A stretch of 64,000 nt of DNA from the NCBI GenBank assembly GCA_951406725.2, contig OX597821.1:10168001-10232000 (forward strand), given 5' to 3'. Position numbers and translations under genes: made by a program. The stretch is from Octopus vulgaris (Eukaryota). This document shows positions 1 through 15,900 of the stretch, piece by piece; position 1 is the first letter of the stretch; each line of letters starts with the position of its first letter. Under the pieces are notes generated by a model. It did not search any database. It worked only from the letters and a program-made list of their open reading frames with translations, and was not told the DNA's origin.

Positions 1-999
1 GCATGAGAATTGCCTCACTGTTCAAAGAAAGTGAATTGAATACTAAAAGAGCAAAATGAATAATTCCGCCGAAAAGAAAAGTAATATAATCATCGAAATT
101 AAACGCACAGACATACGCACACTCACATACAAAAACAAACACTCAAATACACAGACATACACACACGTTGAAATATAAATAATGGCACACATACAAACAC
201 AGTGTGTGGCGAGGTGTGTATGTGTCTGTGAATTCTAGCGAGCGGAGAAGACTTTGTGAAACAACGGTAGAACTCAACAATGACATGTCAAAAGAACTGA
301 TAAACCCAGAGTTTATCGATGGTGAACTTGACAAAATGAATACAGGAAGGTACATAGAAATTACTGATTTGGTCAATAGACACAATTTATAACTGGAGAC
401 ATATGCTGCCTTCTGCATTCTTACCTTATTGAATGAGAGGAACACTTCGATTATACACGTTTCTTTGGTTTGGTAGAGTGAGAATGCTGAATTCACCAGA
501 TATCCTATAACTCACCAGGTTTGTAGTCTAGAACAGCAAATCAAGTACATATATGAGGATGAAGCACATCCTAAAAATGAGTCATATACCCCCAAGTACT
601 TTCTAGTTAGCACACACAGTGCACACAACACACAAGATATCGTGATCTCTTGTCAGTGCCCTAGTCTATTTCATTGGCTTCCAAATCAGCTTGGCATCCT
701 CTATTCATCTAGGCATCCGTGGGATGATTTCTGTTCTGGTCTGGCATTTAAACAATTACACTGAGCTAAGTATTCGGAACTTCGAGAAAATAGTTTTTGA
801 TTATTGTAGTTTACTTTAGATATTGTTGTGGTGCTCATTGTAAATATTAAAATAACTCCTTCTCATTTCCTAAGGTTTTCTCACATTGTGTTGGTAACAC
901 GTACTATAATTTGTAGTTCAATCCAAATATGTAAGTTAAATGCAAGTACTAAGACAGAATTTCAAATTTCATCTAGCAAAATACAATGGTACAAACGCA

Positions 1000-2060
1000 A
1001 TGAAATGTGAGAAAAAAAATTTCTCAATGGGTCGTTCGTTTTCTGGGTCCAGCACTTGAAACTATAATTTCGTTTGAATCTACACCCAGTACTCTTGCGC
1101 ATGTGATCGGTACATTGACAATACTGATGCATCAACCAGACATTTCGTCTTCCCTGATATCTTCTTTCTATCACCTTCATGGTATGATGAACCCCCCCCC
1201 CCGGTCCTCATTAAAATAACTAGATTTTTCGGCGGAAAATTAAGATGCACATATAAGAAATCAATTTTAATATTCATTTTCTATCATGTCTTGAATTTCT
1301 TAGTATTCTCTTAACTATGTCTTAGTAGTTCGGAATCTTGTGATTACTCAAGGATGTTATTCTTCACAATTTATAACTATTCCGTGCTTCGTTTTCAAAA
1401 TTCACATCCTTGAGAAGTTTCCTTATAGTTTCGAAACCTTGAAACCTGGTATTTGATACAGCAGGAAACTTGCTATGGAAATAATTCAAACCCTCTCCAT
1501 TCCGTAGGAAAACGCTTGCAGAGTGCTACAAGAGGCTATCACTTATATGGAGCGGCAGCCAAAGTACATTTTTCAAATCAATCAATCATTCGTTGTTCCC
1601 GATATAAGCATACACTTACTTGACAATTCATTTATAAAGCTAAGGAGGTTCCTTGATCAACTTTCCCATTCACACAAGAAGCAAAGTAACTTTGTGCAGC
1701 GTGACTTATCCCAGAAACGTTCAGATTATTGTCAAGTCGCCGCAAATAATCTAATGATATTTGAATTTAATCTTTGTGTAAGTATGACAGCAAATATTTA
1801 TTAACATTATGCAGCAGAACACCATTGAGACTTCTGTTAGGAGAGTCAAGGAAGAGTCTCCATTGCTCTGGACGTAACTTGTGGCAATCATTCTTATTAG
1901 TCGTGATGCATCTCTAGAATAAACCAAATCATCTACTTGAACGAAAGCAAGACCAGTATTTTTCGTACTAATGAAACTAATAGAATGATGATCGAGGAAC
2001 TAAAAGATTCTTGGATTTAAGTCCCAAGCTTAAGATCTCTGCTGACTCATTTGCAAACCC
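1000..2060 (-). mobile_element. Decayed Chapaev3-like (CMC) DNA transposase remnant
   Basis: Minus-strand fragments in order: ICGDLTII (~1745), CTKLLCFLCEWES (~1695), MNIKIDFLYVHLNFPPKNL (1277), MKVIERRYQGRRN (1180). These match recalled family motifs ICGDLKV, GYTKYCCFLCEWDSR, MSIKVHFLxSHLDFFPENL and MERRYQGRWN. Frameshifted; boundaries approximate. Confidence 0.7.
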
Positions 2061-2117
2061 TCAGAATCTCGGACGTACGGTAATATGCCTCTCTTAATAA
2101 GGCATATATACATATAT

Positions 2118-2183
<66 letters not shown>

Positions 2184-2199
2184 TGTGCGTAAAAAGGTT

Positions 2200-3560
2200 G
2201 AATTATATTTCATACTTTACTTTGGAGGGTTCCAAAAAAGCGATTTCTAATAAAGATTCTCCATATATTGCTGGTAGCTGACTAGTGTACGCTTGCGAAT
2301 ATGAAAATATAATACTTATACATGGTGTGTTATGAGAATTTTATGGAAATGTATGTCATAGAACGCAACAAATTTGTTAAAATAGAGAACATACTTTAAG
2401 ATTTGAAAGAGTTTTAATACATGCATACAATCGTTTCAAAAGGTGATATTAATATAAAATTTCATAGCAGAATAATTAAATTAATTTGATTAATTTATTT
2501 AATTACATATCACTGTCCTCTTCGGTGCAAGAGGGATAAACAAACTATTAATAGTACAGAGGACTTCATGAAAGAAATAGTAGAGAACATATTCGGATAT
2601 AGATATTTATCCCTATGAAAATTGAGAGCATCATAATAAAGAATGTGAGTCTAGTTGTGTATGAACTAAAACAGAGGCAACTAATGGTTATTTGAAAATA
2701 TTAGCGAAAAAAGTTTTAAGAGACGTCCCCTCTATAGAAGAGTAAGCAGATATGTAATTCAAACTCCAAATAAATCATTTATTAGAGGAAGTTTATAGAG
2801 ATGTCCAATGGAAAAGCATAGTTATGTTTGAATAAGGATATGACTTGACATTTATAAGCAATATTAGGCATGGTGTGTATTTAAAAGAAATTATGCGTGA
2901 GAATGAAATTAATCTAGTGAATGTAGTATAGAGGAGGCTGCTAGAATGCTGCGAGGATAATAGTTATTGGTAGAAATGCTTGACAAGCTACATATAATGG
3001 AGTTGTTTTAGTGTGAGAGATCTAATATTTGTTTGTATGTATCAAATATAAGGTAATGAAACAAGGAAATTAGTGTTAATATTAAATAATTAAGATAGTA
3101 AATACTTCCCGCGTTTATAGATATTGAAAGAACGTTCAGAGGATTAACAGCTGTAATAAAACTTAAATTTACAATATAGGGAGTTAATATAGCCAGGAAA
3201 ACGATAGTAAAATTTTAAATAATAATTATCGATATTTAGTGGACTGAATATGGTTATGTATAAATAAAAACGTGAGTTAAGAATCTAGCTTGGCATAAAG
3301 TGAGAAGGAAGAATATAGTAACGTTATGTAACCAATAAGTGTTTAAGTAATAGAAGGTTATTGTGCATTGCCAATATTAGAAAAAATTGTTTATGGAGTA
3401 GTGGATGCACATAAGTATACTGAGTATACAAAATAATTCATATATAATGTAATATAAAAAATCTTATAAGACAAAATAATTTTTTAGTGTTTATTAATAT
3501 GTTAGTAAAGAACATATCTGCGGAAGAGTATATATGGATGTAGATAGTCTATCTGTTTTC
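2200..3560 (-). mobile_element. Highly decayed Penelope-like RT remnant
   Basis: Minus strand LYRGDVS (~2720-2735) followed by FIGINIY..YYFFHE, colinear with [21 protein letters not shown] of the 43457 ORF. Many stops. Confidence 0.35.
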
Positions 3561-3689
3561 AAGTTTGTTTTATTTGTGGGTGTACATGAAAGAAAGAACA
3601 CCGTACGAAAAATATAAGTACACTCATATGGGTGCAACGCTCTCACATACACATGCACGGACATCTTCATTTAGGGATCACCACTGCTT

Positions 3690-3930
3690 TCTTATCTCCT
3701 CCTAGTTCTCCTATGTGACACCTCCGGCATTCGCCATGATAGATCGCTAGCCAATAAACATTTAATTTTTATTTTCTCTCTCTGTTTGTCTCTCTGTTTC
3801 TCTCCCTGTTTCTGTCGAAGAGCGTAGGTTCGAAAAGTAAAAGACATTCTCACTTCCCAAACGTTAAACTTATACATCTGCTTGTTGTTTACACACCCGT
3901 CTTCGCCTTTGTTTTGTAAATCCTCAGTTT
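3690..3930 (+). mobile_element. Solo pLTR of a Penelope-like family (same family as 24855-24997 and 57280-57520)
   Basis: Shares attcgccatgatagatcgctagc and gaagagcgtaggttcgaaa..aaagac..cacttccc with the terminal repeat of the PLE at 57280-59700. Confidence 0.7.
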
Positions 3931-4490
3931 ATATACATATGTATAACATGGAGTATTGTGTTTTATTGTTAAGCAAATACACTCCACACGATTTATACAA
4001 ATCTCAATAAAGATAAATGTTTACACAATGAAATTTTGAAATGCGTCTGAATATCCAGGTTTGCTACCTCAGTATGTTTTCTCCTCCTAGAAAATAATAT
4101 TTATCATAAGACTTGGAATGCTGCCACATTAATGATAGTGGATTACGGACTCATGTAATTGAAACGGAGACGCACACTGGTTGAAATAAATGATAAATAA
4201 GTTCATTATTATAATACATCTAATAGCCTGATCGATAACATTTAATTTCGAGCGAATACAATCTCGGTGGGAGGGAAAAATTAAACTTTATTGAACCCGG
4301 TGCACAACGAATGGTTATTTTATCGACTACGATAAGATAAAGGGAAAGTCAACCTCGGTGGGAAATGAACTCAGAACGAGAAAATTGACAAAATGGCGCT
4401 AAGTGCTTTCCACCATGCCGCCTTGTAATTTTCACGTTTTATATATATATATCAATATTTGTGTTCGAAAGACAACAACAGCCCGATTAT

Positions 4491-4795
<305 letters not shown>

Positions 4796-6249
4796 TGTGT
4801 ATGTATACATGTATACTACAGTTTTACCCGCAATAAATTTCTAGACAATCATACAATATCTTGAATCTCGAGAAATATAGAATTCCATACGGTCCGTTAC
4901 GGAATATCATCTCCGTAATATACTGTCAATGTACAAAGATAAGCTTTTCAAATATTCGTATAGATACGCATCTTTACAAACACACATACAGAAACAAATA
5001 CACGCATTGAAACACATTCTTGCACATGCACACACTGTTTCAGAAAGACACATATATATTGTTTTGTTTTTTTTTTTTTCTTCAGCCTCTGATCTAATTC
5101 CTGAACAGTATTGATGTGACAGATAGAGAAATTAGGAAGATCATATAGAAGAATGATTTCCATGTTATACATCACGAATTATGTATATATCTGTTATTAC
5201 ATGCTTACTTGATCGTTAATACATACACACGTATGCACATATACATGCGTAATGTTATAATTTTCTGGGCGTGTTTAACTTAATTTGGCCATTAAGTTTT
5301 CAATGGAGTAATTATCTAACTCATTAATATTGATCCATCAAGAATGCAAGTGGAAATTTGATTAACGCTGAACTAAACCATATACAGGATTCCAATGATC
5401 TCTCGATAATTTGATATTTCTCTCTATAAATTATGGCCAACTGCTTTCCTTGGCGGTATTGTTTTTCCTGCTATCTTTACTTTCCTGTCTATCTAAATGT
5501 ATTCATCTCTTACCCAACAGATCTATCAGAGATGTTTTATTTTGAAAATGCGTCAGTTTCTGCTCATTTTCTCTTCTGTACCTCTTTCATGTGCAATAGA
5601 ACCAGGTTAATTTTTAACACAGCAGTTTATAAATATTCATGTAACCGTAGCTTCCATGTGACATGAATACAGACTCTAAAACTAACACAATTAAGAGGAC
5701 CCCTTGTGTCTGCACATATTAAAATCACTGGAACATGCAATTAACTCCATACCTTACATATAAAACAAACATTTTTTAATCAATATCCAACATAGTGACT
5801 CTTCAGATCCCTTTCCATATCTACTCGACTATTATAACATAAATTTCGGATATGTCAGTGGAGCCTGTAATTGGATGTGTCCAAGTAGAATGCCAATATC
5901 AATTTGTTTTATGAAATTAATAATTTCAAGATTTCAGATGTCGCTTCAATTAGAAACAAAAATGTTTTCAGAATCTATACCAACGATGGAAGTTTTCTAT
6001 TAATCAGTTTTACATCATATAATTTATTCAGCATAATATCTATTTCTTTATTATATAATTTATCTTCAACTTATATCTTGTTGCCTGATTCGTTCTATTT
6101 AAGTAGTGAGGCAGCTATAGATTGTAGCTAATAAATCATAACCGATTATATCCTAGAAATCGCAGATATATAATCAGAAGTGTAAGATAACTAATTAGAT
6201 TATTCGCAGAATCATATTGTCATATATTCCCTGCAGCCTGTACAGTGAA

Positions 6250-7950
6250 TATTTTCAATGATTCGATGCTAAGATAAAGAATGACATTCCTTGACGGGTC
6301 AGAAATTTCAGTATGCATATACACAGGGTCTCCATAGGTCATCTGCCTCTGCATGTGTATTCACATGTCTGGCTATGAATTATTTTTGCTTTGTTTCGTA
6401 GGAAACACCTGCCTTTTGCGTACTATTGGTACGTATCCATGGGGGAAAGGGCACAGATTTAGGCTGATACAACTTGTCGATTGTGTCACCGTAGGCATTT
6501 TTATCAGCATGTATATTGAGTGAACAGTTACTGCAATACGACACTGTACGAGTTCTGCACTGTACGAGTTCCAACAACAGTGTGACATTGATTGGTATAT
6601 ATTATTGTTAAACCTAATCGGAGATGAGATATTTATAAACGTGTGGGATTTTAAATCAAAAAGAGATAGCATCGGTAGAAATATGTACTAAGCAATCTTT
6701 TCAACATGGAAACGATTTTGCAATTTACTGATACAACATTCAAAAATTCCTCTCCGATCATGTCATTTTTCAAAGAAATAAAGCTATCCGAGACATAAAT
6801 CTATACATTTGCACGAGGAGATAATCTGGTTAAACAACATTTGAATTTTAGAAAATATATAAACGATATGAAATAAAGTATTTGTAGTGGACGTTCAGTT
6901 GTTCCAGTCATGCAATTGCATTTAAGACTGATTAGAGAAATATTTCTTCAGTGCAAGACAAGTTGCAGCTTTATCCATCGATTGAGTATCACAGTAGTAG
7001 CAATAAGTAAATCCTATTTCCTATGAAGTGGTTTTCATTATTTTTCATGATATCTCCAAAGTTTAACTTACGGTCCTGTAAATCTGTGTTATAGAACATA
7101 TATTTAGAAATTCTACCAGCATTGACTTTTGTGGTAGCGTGTAGCTCTATTTGAATAAGATAAAGTTAAAGAGATAATAACCCAAGTGTCTTGCACCAAA
7201 TATACGACGAGACAAAGGGTCTCGAGCTTCTAGAATTAGCAGGAATATATATATATTTAAAAGACGGAAACACACTCTCGTTGCTGTAGTTTCATATATA
7301 CTGCAAGATAAAGAGATATGCGATACTCATGACTGAAACATTATTCAATTAATAATAATACTACTGAGCAATTCTAGGAATACTTATCAATAGCATTGTA
7401 AAAGTTTTAAGATGTTAATGAATTATTAGTTATACATACACATATTACAGTCAGATTATAATCATTATATATCTGTTTGGCGGCTCACATCTGTGATACA
7501 TGTTACTCAAACACGAAATGCATATATTGAAGTGTTGTAAGTCGCATAACAGATCCAGTAAAGAATAAAATCTGTTATTGCAAAAATGAATAGTTAAAGG
7601 TTAATCACAGAAAGGAGATGATTAAAGAATAGAAGGTTGTTTTCACTGATATCAATGAATTTCATTTAGAAAGCAGAAGGTAAATTATATATAACATCAG
7701 TGTTTTCCGACTACTGACGAATCTTATATTCAAAACTATAGTGGCCACAGGCATAAAGATAAATTATCGTCACTAAGCGTATTATTAGCTCTCTGTCATT
7801 AACTACACTGCTTTCGCATTTCCAAAGTTTAAAACAATATATGTGTTACATTCAAAATACATGCAAATCGTTTTGAAATGGGAAATATAAGACAAATACA
7901 TAGATAAGGTGGTTGGCGTGGCAGAAAAGATGGAGGCATTATACAAAATA
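6250..7950 (-). mobile_element. Possible very old hAT (Charlie/Buster-like) transposase remnant
   Basis: Weak minus-strand motifs GEEFLNVV, HISTDAIS, HCCWN and AKGRCF in the order expected for hAT (ISTDGA..HC..RWLSKG). Confidence 0.25.
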
Positions 7951-8290
7951 ACTTCCTAAGTTTACTAGACAATTTTCTGTTCTATATTGAAATGCGTTCG
8001 AAGGCACATTTGGTTTTCAACCTGCTAGAGTTCATAAAATATTGTACCATTGTAAAGCATAAAAGTTTCCGCCATATATTTGAAAATATATCAATATCGA
8101 AATATGTTATATAAAGAGGATAATTAATATAAATAATTGCCTCAACAACCAAACAAAGACTACGGAAAGAAGAGGGAGTAATATTTAAGAATAATGCACT
8201 ACACTACCATGAACAGTGCTACAGATAATCATTCACATATCAAAGTACCTCAGTATACGTATTTATATATGTAATATATGTAAATATGTG

Positions 8291-8423
<133 letters not shown>

Positions 8424-8424
8424 T

Positions 8425-8460
<36 letters not shown>

Positions 8461-8464
<4 letters not shown>

Positions 8465-10996
8465 AATATTAGGGAATAAATCCAAATTTACAGGGAAAAA
8501 ATCAGATTTAGGATTAAATCCAATTTTATAGTAAAATATTATATAATATTTTTGATATTCTGGTTAATTACGATGTATTTAATGTTGTTTTTATTGGAGT
8601 GTTTATGTATGTGAGATTGTGTGTGAGTGTGTGCGTTTTTAGTTGTATAATTTATTTATCTGTATGAGTGTGGGTGTGTAAATATTGTTGTATATATCGA
8701 GTTTAGTGAGTATGTATATGCGTATATGTGAGGGAGTATATGTATCTGTTGTGTGTGTGTGTTTTGCGTGTGTGTGTGTTTGTGTGTGAATGTGTATATG
8801 GGTTTGTTATATAGGTTTGGGGATGTATGTGTTAATTTGTCTGTGTGGGGAGGGAGTGGGTTTTTGGTGTATATTGAGGTTTATAAGTTAGTATAGGTAT
8901 GTGTGAGTGAGGTGGGTATTTGTACAAGTCGTGGGTCTGTGGTTTACGTGTGTGTATTTGTGTGTGAATGTTTAGGTTAGGGGGATTGCTATATAGGTTT
9001 GTTATAGAGTTTAGCAAAGGGAGATTTTATCGTTATATGTTTTTATGAGTTTTGGTTTATCATGGTTTTTTTAGGGAATTTGTGGTAATTTGTCTATTTA
9101 CGATGTTTGTTGTTTTATTGTATTGTTTCATTCATAATTTTTGAGTGGTGTTCGTTTTGCCACGTGAATATTATTTTTAATTCCATTTATTCCATTTCTC
9201 CATTCATAATTTTAAAAGATGTTCGTTTCCAGAGCGGGAATACTTTTTATACATATGTTAAGTTCCTTGGTAACGTAATTTTGTTTGGTGTATATGTTGA
9301 GGCTTATATGTACTTGTGGGTGTGTGTGAGTGGGGTGGGTGTTTGTATTTGTTATGGGTGTGTGGTTTACGTGTGTGTATTTGTGTGTGAATGTATAGGT
9401 TAAAGGGATTGCTATATAAGTATGTTATAGGGTTTAGTAAAGGGTGGTTTTATCATTTATGTTTTTGTGAGTTTTAGTTTATCATGGTAGTTTTATAAAA
9501 GAATCCATTCATAATTTTTTAAAATAATGTTGGTTTACCGCGTGTATATAATTTTTAATTCCATTTATTCTATTTCTCCATTCATAATTTTAAGTGAGGT
9601 TGGCTTCCATAGCGCGTATTCTTTTTATACATAAGTTATGTTCCTATGGTAACGTAATTTGGTTTGATGTTTTTAACGGATTAGAATTTAATTTCACTTC
9701 ATAATTTGAAACTGACTTGAAAGTATGTATATTATTTCTCCTTATGTCATATTGTTATTTTTGATATTCTGGTTACTTACGATGTATTTTAAATATCGTA
9801 TTATGTGTAATAATGTTGTTTTTCTTTGGAGTGTTTATGTATGTAGGATTGTGTGTGAGTGTGTGCGTATTTTGGTTGTGTAGTTTGTTTATCTGTATGA
9901 ATGTGGGTGTGTTAATATTGTTGTATATATCGAGTTTGGTGAGTATGTATATGTATATGGTGTGTGTTTTACGTATGTATATTTGTGTGTGAATGTGTTT
10001 ATGGGTTTGCTATTTAGGTTTGGGGATGTATGTGTTTATTTGTCTGTGTGGGGTGAGTGGGTTTTTGGAGTATATGTTGAGGTTTATATGTATGTATAGG
10101 TATGTGTAAGTGGGGTGGGTATTTGTATATGTCGTGGGTGTGTGGTTTACGTGTGTGTATTTGTGTGTGAATATTTAGGTTAGGGGGATTGCTATATAGG
10201 TATGTTATAGAGTTTAGTAAAGGGAGATTTTATCATTATATGTTTTTATGAGTTTTGGTTTATCATGGTAGTTTTGTTAAGGAATTCGTAGTAATTTGTG
10301 TCTATTTGCGATGTCTGTTGTTTTATTGCATTATTTCATTCATAATTTTTAAGTAGTGTTCGTTTTACCAAGTGAATATAATTTTTAATTCCATTTATTC
10401 CATTTCTCCGTTCATAATTTTAAGTGATGTCCGTTTCTAGAGCGGGAATGTGGGTTGTATGTGTGTGTGAGGGAGTATGAATAAGTATTGTGTTGAAGTA
10501 TTTAGCTATTTTATTTATTTATCGTTGCCTAGACGTTTTTATGTGTATGTATAGGGATATATATATAGGTGTGTGATTTAGTGTATGTATTTAGATATGG
10601 TTATATATAATTAGTTATATGTGTATGGGTGTATATATAGTTTATTTTTTGTTTTGTTTTATATTTTATATTTTATATTTTATATTTTATATTTTATATT
10701 TAATTGTTGATAGGTTTATTTTAGTTTATATATTGTTTATATATTGATTATATATGGATTATATATAGGTTATAAATAGATTATATATTTATATTTTTTC
10801 ATTAATACTTTAATTATTTTAAAATTATTATTTTTATATTTTAAAATATTGATATTTTAGATTGGAAGTCCACCTGAAGATTGTCGATCAAGACAAGAAA
10901 CAATTGTAGTGGCGGTTTTTTTTACTTTTTATTAAAATTTTATGTATTGATTAAGTCTTTCCTTGTTTGTTTTGCAAAATAGTGGTTTTGTCTCTA

Positions 10997-10997
<1 letters not shown>
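8461..10997 (+). mobile_element. Non-autonomous PLE-derived element with GT-rich internal duplications and a terminal hammerhead, within (TA)n
   Basis: Both termini recur at 18189-18400. Internal direct duplication 8551-9240 vs ~9760-10448. HHR at 10870-10912. No ORF. Confidence 0.7.
10870..10912 (+). ncRNA. Minimal type I hammerhead ribozyme
   Basis: ccac CTGAAGA ttgtc-gatcaa-gacaa GAAA caattg TA gtgg: stem I 4 bp, stem II 5 bp, palindromic stem III, GUA site. Confidence 0.9.
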
Positions 10998-11051
<54 letters not shown>

Positions 11052-11056
11052 CATAC

Positions 11057-11123
<67 letters not shown>

Positions 11124-11784
11124 AAAAAGCTGAAAAAAATGAAAAAATGAAGGCCCGCTGCATTACGTGTGGGTATCTGAGAGGGGAATACATTGATTAA
11201 AATCATAATTAGGCGTTCCTCAGGTATTTTTGTTACCTGATGCCAGAGGTTTATCAGCGTCCACTTGTATGCATGTATACATACATATATACACAAACAT
11301 ATATACATGTGCATGTGTGTATATATGTTGATGCATGTATATGTATATATATATAGATGCGTGTGAGTGTATACGTATACATGTTTACGTATAAGGTTGT
11401 TATGATGTGAAATTTTCGCATGTCCAAGCATTTCATACAACATTTAATTTTACTTGCAATAACCGGTTCTTTTGTTCAAACTATGAAAATTCTTAAAGTT
11501 TATTACAGCGGTTTAGCAATTTGTAAAAGCATAATTAGTCCCACATACGGCAGTTTTGAAAAAATATTTCTGACTGCAATTATCATACGATTTTATGCAC
11601 CAACAAAGAATTATTATTATCAAGCCGGAACTTTTGCTAATGTAAGACGAAATGGAGTGGTGAAACGATTTTTTCGTTTTCTGAAAAAACGAAGTTTAGG
11701 ACTTTAGAACATCTTTGCATATTAAGATATGTGTATATGTGTGGTATATATGTATACATGTTCGTGTGTGTGTTTTTGTACCTC

Positions 11785-12597
<813 letters not shown>

Positions 12598-12997
12598 TGC
12601 ATACACTCATTACACTCATGACTATACAGAAACACAAACACTCACACAAATGTATAAACACAATATATGCATGTAAGTCTTAAATATCAGTCGATGATGT
12701 TTGCATAAGTATATTTCAATTGGCTAAACGTATTTACTATAATAAAATGTCATTTCATGCAGAAATGAAACAAGTGCAGATTTGTCATTTATTCTGTTTT
12801 TGTTCATAAACTAAGCCTGGATATTTTAATAAGCATTATCTGCTTCACTTGTTTTGCAATATCAATGGTGTCCGTTCATATCGGTGGAAAGTCGTCAATG
12901 AATTATTTTATTTAATATTGCAGCAAATATATGTACGTATGTGTTTGTTTGTGTGCATGTGTTAGTGTGTGTGTGCATGTGTTAGTGTGTGTGTGTA

Positions 12998-13075
<78 letters not shown>

Positions 13076-13448
13076 TGTGCGCTTGCTTGTGTATTTTTCC
13101 GTGCGTATACTTACAAAAAATATGTTAGGAAAGGTTAAATATTTTTCAGATTTTACAGCAAATAGCTTTTCGCAAATGTCATTCTAACCCCTAATGGAAC
13201 TATATTTAGCGTAAAATTTCGTATAATATATTAGTAATACCATATTGAATAAATGTAAAAAAGAATGCAATTTGTGCGAGAGACATTGAAAGAAATGGTT
13301 TTTAAAATGTATTTGCCAAAGCAGAATAAAAAACAAGTACGAAATGTATTATTTCTAAATATTTATATTAGATGTATTGTAAACAATGAAGAGAAATAAA
13401 CATTACATTGATCATGGCACTTCTCTCTCTCTCTCTACTTCTCTCTCC

Positions 13449-13500
<52 letters not shown>

Positions 13501-14449
13501 TTCTTATAGCCTTAGGCCAACCAAAATATTGTGAGTGGATTTCTTACTCGGAAACTGAAAGAAGACTGCTGCATATATGTATATGTGTGTGCGTGTGTTG
13601 TGTTTGTACTACCACTATTGCTTGACAACTGATGTTGTTGTGTTTGCATTCCCGTAACTTAGCGGTTTGGTAAATGACACTGACAGAATGAGTACTGTTT
13701 CGTTTTGAATAAAATCTATTATTACTTCCATGTTAGAAATAAAAACTGTTAATCTCTCATCTGCAAAATAATACTTTCAAACAGATTCCGGAATTGAAAG
13801 AGCAGAGCGAATGTATACAGGAGAATGACTATTTTTAAAAGGCATTTAGAAAATCAGGTTAATATCAAAGTTATTAAAAAAAAAATTCTCTCGCAGTTTT
13901 GTGAAAGGAGAGCATACTCACATTCTAAGCCTAGTTAGACTTAATGAACAAAGAAATATCACGAAAAGCCTTACAACATCCCCCAAAATGTAAGCACTTG
14001 AAGCTTAACGAGTTTACGTCGGTTCAAAATGATACTGTTATATTAGTTTCTACAGCTTTAATGTGTCTGTGATTCAACGACTGTAGGAAATTTGCCTAGT
14101 TTGATGTCTCCTACATTGGCATAACGTAACGTACAGATTAGAAAAAAATAAAAACATGTTCAACGTGAATCAGTGCTGATTATATAAATATTCCCAAATA
14201 AAATATTAAAATTTGAATGATTTCTTCAGCTCTAAGTAATAATTTTGTCAAAATAATGGTTTCAAATTTAACCAGTATTTTCGGAGGATGACAGGCAGTC
14301 AACATTAGACGAATCTTGAGACATAACATAAAGGCGGACCAAAAACCACCAAGCATTTGCCCATCAACAAGTGTCCCTGTACGGTAATTCTGTATGTATG
14401 CATGTATGTATGTAAATATATATGTATATATCTATCTATCTATCAATCA

Positions 14450-14525
<76 letters not shown>

Positions 14526-15304
14526 GTCTATCTCTCTCTCTATATATATATGTATGAATGTATATATATATATATATATATTTATACATACACACACATA
14601 TGTATGCATATATATGAATATATATATATGGGTATGCATTAGTATGTGTTTTTGTGCGCAAATTATCCAGTGTTCGTCTGTTTGTGCGTCTGTCTAACTG
14701 TTCAATCCACAAGTTTCAATAGAAAGCTAATACCTTCGTACAAACACGTCTTTACTTTGTGTCTTATTTTCATGAATCTGAGTTAAAATTATATTTACTT
14801 CCTGTTATTAAAATTGTTATCGATTTATATACGCATATTTATATTCCACTACCATCAGGAAAATATTGAAGTTGTTTTAATCAATATTCCTGCCGCCCTG
14901 TTATATATTTCATCTATTCTTTTACTAATTTTACAGTTAAATTTAGCTTGTCTACACTTAATATGGAAATATTTCCGATATCGAAGTATTTGTATTAAAG
15001 AAATATTATATATATTACAGGATGTACATATATATAAATCTAAATCGTTTGCTGTGCCTTTGTGTGCGTGCGTGCGTCCATGAACAGTTATTTAATTCCA
15101 TATGTATATAAATATATATATATATATTTGTATATATTAATATTACGGATATGTAAAGGTTTGTGTGCAAAAGTGTCAGGTTGTAAGTGCATGACGTTTA
15201 ATACATCAATGAAATCGTATCCTTTGTTTATGGATACTTCCGGTTATCTCAATCGCATACTCGGCATGTGGAACTAGCGTCGTTTTCAGCATATCATGAA
15301 AGAG

Positions 15305-15372
<68 letters not shown>

Positions 15373-15520
15373 CAACGAAAGAATGAAAGAGGCCCTGATA
15401 TTATGTTAATAGAGGGATTTATCTGTAAATATATGTGACAATTATTCGATGGCCGGATAACTGAAGAAATGGGGGCGAGAGATTTATCATGGCTACCGAA
15501 TAATTGTCACATATTACATT

Positions 15521-15619
<99 letters not shown>

Positions 15620-15763
15620 TGTGTGTCTGTGTGTTTGTGTGTGTGTGTGTAAACAATCAAATGTTCATCATTTTGGCTGTTTTATAACCAGTGTAGCGGA
15701 GAAAAACCTACAAATATGTATGAAGAAAAAATTGACACGTTTTAATTTATTAAAATAATGCTA

Positions 15764-15826
<63 letters not shown>

Positions 15827-15900
15827 CATTATGATGATGATGATCATCATCATTATCACCATCATCATCATTATCATTATTATTATTATTATAACAATAA

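Noticed and set aside
143-520. Possible host exon(s) with minus-strand donors near 424 and 515
   Set aside because: No recognisable protein motif or convincing acceptor; cannot be supported without RNA data.
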